The notes below the pieces were generated by a model that saw only the letters and a list, made by a program, of their open reading frames with translations, did no database searches and was not told the DNA's origin. The translations under genes were made by a program, and so were the position numbers. A stretch of 9,444 nt of DNA from a virus (taxonomy: Duplodnaviria > Heunggongvirae > Uroviricota > Caudoviricetes), in IMG/VR virus record IMGVR_UViG_2648501787_000016. One strand, written 5' to 3'. Numbering within the stretch: position 1 is the stretch's first letter; every line of letters begins with the position of its first letter. This document shows positions 6,434 through 9,444 of the stretch, piece after piece.

Positions 6434-8844
6434 GTCATGCCGATATGAACAACTGCTGCGGCTTTAACGAGGCTGCCGCAGCATTCTCATGGAACAGCCC
6501 GAAAAAGGCCATTAACCCTTATCTGGACCCGGCGGAAGTTGCGCCGGTTTCTACGCTTTCAAACCTGATCACTCTGTACGCTGCCGATAACGAGCAGGAA
6601 CAGTTGCGCCGCGAGGCACTGAGTGATCAGGTCTGGGAGCGTTATTTCTTTAATGAATCACGTGATCCTGTCCAGCGCGAAATGGAGCAGGATAAGCTCA
6701 TTAGCCGGGCAAAGCTGGCGCATGAGCAGCAGCGTTTTAATTCAGACATGGTCATTCTGGCGGACGTCAACGCCCAGCCTTCCCATATCAGCAAGCCGCT
6801 GATGCAACGTATTGAATACTTCAGCAGCCTGGGCAGGCCAAAGGCTTATTCCCGCTATTTACGTGAGACGATTAAGCCATGTCTGGAACGACTGGAGCAT
6901 GTACGCGACAGTCAGCTATCTGCATCTTTTCGCTTTATGGCAAGCCATGAAGGGCTGGACGGCCTGCTGATCCTGCCTGAAATGAGTCAGGATCAGGTGA
7001 AACGCCTGTCCACCCTGGTAGCTGCGCATATGAGTATGTGCCTTGATGCAGCTTGTGGTGATTTGTATGCCACCGATGACGTTAAGCCAGAAGAAATCCG
7101 CAAGACATGGGAAAAGGTGGCAGCGGAAACCCTGCGTCTGGATGTCATCCCACCTGCGTTTGAGCAACTCCGTCGGAAAAGAAACCGCCGTAAACCCGTG
7201 CCCTATGAACTCATTCCGGGTTCGCTGGCGCGTATGTTGTGCGCCGACTGGTGGTATCGGAAATTATGGAAGATGCGTTGCGAATGGCGGGAAGAGCAGT
7301 TGCGCGCTGTTTGCCTGGTCAGCAAAAAAGCATCTCCTTATGTCAGCTATGAAGCCGTGATGCATAAACGTGAGCAGCGCCGTAAGTCGCTGGAGTTTTT
7401 CCGTTCTCATGAACTGGTGAACGAAGACGGCGACACGCTGGACATGGAGGATGTGGTAAACGCCAGCAGCAGCAACCCTGCGCATCGCCGCAATGAGATG
7501 ATGGCCTGTGTTAAAGGTCTGGAGCTTATCGCGGAAATGCGCGGTGACTGCGCCGTTTTCTACACTATCACCTGTCCGTCGCGTTTCCATTCCACGCTAA
7601 ATAACGGCAGACCAAACCCGACCTGGACAAACGCGACGGTAAGACAAAGCAGCGATTATCTGGTCGGCATGTTTGCTGCATTTCGTAAGGCGATGCACAA
7701 AGCCGGGTTGCGCTGGTATGGCGTGCGGGTGGCTGAGCCGCATCATGATGGCACAGTTCACTGGCACCTGTTGTGTTTCATGCGCAAAAAAGACCGCCGT
7801 GCCATCACTGCATTACTGCGTAAGTTTGCCATCCGTGAAGACCGCGAGGAGCTGGGCAATAACACTGGGCCGCGCTTTAAGTCTGAGTTGATTAACCCGC
7901 GCAAAGGAACGCCGACAATCTACATCGCGAAATATATCAGTAAGAACATTGACGGTCGTGGTCTGGCTGGCGAGATCAGCAAGGAAACGGGTAAATCTCT
8001 GCGTGATAACGCTGAATACGTGAATGCCTGGGCGTCTCTGCATCGTGTTCAGCAATTCCGCTTCTTTGGTATTCCGGGGCGTCAGGCTTACCGTGAACTT
8101 CGCTTGCTGGCTGGTCAGGCGGCAAGGCAACAGGGTGACAAAAAAGCAGGTGCGCCGGTACTGGATAACCCGCGTCTTGATGCCATTCTGGCTGCTGCTG
8201 ATGCTGGTTGTTTTGCCACCTACATCATGAAGCAGGGCGGCGTACTGGTTCCCCGTAAATATCACCTCATCAGAACCGCTTATGAAATCAACGAAGAGCC
8301 GACCGCCTATGGCGATCACGGCATTCGTATTTATGGCATCTGGTCACCCATTGCAGAGGGCAAGATCTGCACTCATGCAGTGAAGTGGAAAATGGTTCGT
8401 AAAGCCGTTGACGTTCAGGAGGCGGCAGCCGACCAGGGCGCTTGCGCCCCTTGGACTCGTGGCAATAACTGTCCCCTTGCTGAAAATTTGAACCAACAGG
8501 AGAAAGATAAATCAGCTGATGGGGGCACCAGAACGGACATTACCCGCATGGATGACAAGCAGTTGCACGATTACCTGCACAGTATGAGCAAAAAAGAGCG
8601 CCGGGAACTGGCAGCAAGGTTACGCCTGGTTAAACCGAAACGGCGTAAAGACTACAAACAGCGAATTACAGACCATCAGCGACAGCAGCTCGTCTATGAG
8701 CTGAAGTCCAGAGGATTTGATGGTAGCGAGAAAGAGGTCGATTTACTCCTTCGCGGCGGCAGTATTCCGTCAGGAGCAGGCCTGCGTATCTTCTATCGGA
8801 ACCAGCGTTTGCAGGAAGATGATAAGTGGCGAAACCTGTATTAA
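6430..8844 (+). CDS. A: Rolling-circle replication initiator endonuclease (P2 gpA / 186 A family)
   Basis: 804-aa ORF whose ATG overlaps the dam stop (ATGA). HUH motif (TVHWHLLCF) and paired catalytic tyrosines YxxxY (IYIAKYISK), typical of P2-family A proteins. Size comparable to P2 gpA. Confidence 0.85.
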   Translation: MSHADMNNCCGFNEAAAAFSWNSPKKAINPYLDPAEVAPVSTLSNLITLYAADNEQEQLRREALSDQVWERYFFNESRDPVQREMEQDKLISRAKLAHEQQRFNSDMVILADVNAQPSHISKPLMQRIEYFSSLGRPKAYSRYLRETIKPCLERLEHVRDSQLSASFRFMASHEGLDGLLILPEMSQDQVKRLSTLVAAHMSMCLDAACGDLYATDDVKPEEIRKTWEKVAAETLRLDVIPPAFEQLRRKRNRRKPVPYELIPGSLARMLCADWWYRKLWKMRCEWREEQLRAVCLVSKKASPYVSYEAVMHKREQRRKSLEFFRSHELVNEDGDTLDMEDVVNASSSNPAHRRNEMMACVKGLELIAEMRGDCAVFYTITCPSRFHSTLNNGRPNPTWTNATVRQSSDYLVGMFAAFRKAMHKAGLRWYGVRVAEPHHDGTVHWHLLCFMRKKDRRAITALLRKFAIREDREELGNNTGPRFKSELINPRKGTPTIYIAKYISKNIDGRGLAGEISKETGKSLRDNAEYVNAWASLHRVQQFRFFGIPGRQAYRELRLLAGQAARQQGDKKAGAPVLDNPRLDAILAAADAGCFATYIMKQGGVLVPRKYHLIRTAYEINEEPTAYGDHGIRIYGIWSPIAEGKICTHAVKWKMVRKAVDVQEAAADQGACAPWTRGNNCPLAENLNQQEKDKSADGGTRTDITRMDDKQLHDYLHSMSKKERRELAARLRLVKPKRRKDYKQRITDHQRQQLVYELKSRGFDGSEKEVDLLLRGGSIPSGAGLRIFYRNQRLQEDDKWRNLY

Positions 8845-8935
8845 TTACGCGGGTTAACAATTCGTGCTCTTAATAATACCAGGCATATCAGGCTGATGAA
8901 CGTAAAAAACGTTTTACATCAGTAAGATTATTATA

Positions 8936-8970
8936 TACTGTAAATATAAACAGTGGTTATATTTACAGTA
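8936..8970. promoter_or_regulatory. LexA (SOS) box CTGTAAATATAAACAG at 8938-8953, embedded in a perfect 14-bp inverted repeat (8936-8949 / 8957-8970) overlapping candidate -10 elements
   Basis: Matches CTGT-N8-ACAG with an AT-rich centre, about 17/20 to the TACTGTATATATATACAGTA consensus. The 14-bp arms TACTGTAAATATAA are perfectly inverted around a 7-bp spacer. Located about 45 bp upstream of the next ORF. Confidence 0.7.
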
Positions 8971-8995
8971 TTGCTTTGGTGTCATAGGAGGAAAG

Positions 8996-9184
8996 ATGCA
9001 GGACTATTTTTTGGAGTCTTTGAAGCTCCAGCGCATTGATTTTTTTCTTAAGCTTGTAGCGGCTAGTGAGTGTAGTGATGAAGAGAAGGGGCTGGCTTTG
9101 CAGTGGGTTTCTGAACTAACAGATGAACTCATGGCAAAAATCAGAACCCACGAATACAACCGCTCAATGGATGTCATCAGTTGA
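8996..9184 (+). CDS. Small SOS-controlled protein, candidate Tum-like antirepressor
   Basis: 62-aa ORF with AGGAGG RBS 4-5 nt upstream, directly downstream of the LexA box. In phage 186 the LexA-controlled tum operon encodes the antirepressor. Assignment is by context only. Confidence 0.45.
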   Translation: MQDYFLESLKLQRIDFFLKLVAASECSDEEKGLALQWVSELTDELMAKIRTHEYNRSMDVIS

Positions 9185-9195
9185 GGTGACTTTTT

Positions 9196-9444
<249 letters not shown>

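Noticed and set aside
5933-8860. Internal and antisense ORFs within dam and gene A (5933..6199, 6916..7167, 7043..7360, 7264..7590, 7673..7891, 7813..8319, 8024..8230, 8666..8860)
   Set aside because: All are nested in or antisense to two long ORFs with strong family motifs. Such shadow ORFs are expected in GC-balanced coding sequence.
8899-8915. Small hairpin AACGT-aaaaa-ACGTT followed by TT after gene A
   Set aside because: The 5-bp AT-containing stem with a short T-run is too weak to call an intrinsic terminator. It may just be part of the AT-rich promoter region of the SOS operon.

Overview
The window reads as the immunity/early-replication region of a 186-like (P2-family) temperate prophage from an enterobacterial host. 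All calls rest on motifs and gene order read by eye; no database search was possible. Gene order, left to right: P2-type tyrosine integrase (minus strand, stop codon at the window edge), a 558-aa cargo gene (minus), a 186-type CI repressor (minus), a face-to-face promoter switch with a perfect 16-bp palindrome, then on the plus strand an Apl/Cox-like HTH protein, a CII-like regulator, several small early ORFs, a TraR/DksA zinc-finger protein, a Dam-type adenine methyltransferase, the gpA-type rolling-circle replication initiator, and finally a LexA-box-controlled small ORF plus a DinI-like gene. The most interesting element is the cargo gene sitting between cI and int, where P2/186 phages normally have the two genes adjacent. 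It encodes a membrane-anchored protein with 11-residue helical repeats, a second coiled coil and a C-terminal GIY-YIG-like (T5orf172/MUG113-type) putative nuclease domain, and it is AT-rich relative to the replication genes. Being 20 bp downstream of cI in the lysogenic operon, it is a candidate prophage-expressed single-gene anti-phage or exclusion system that I cannot match to a named defence system from memory. No tRNA, rRNA, CRISPR array or IS element was seen.
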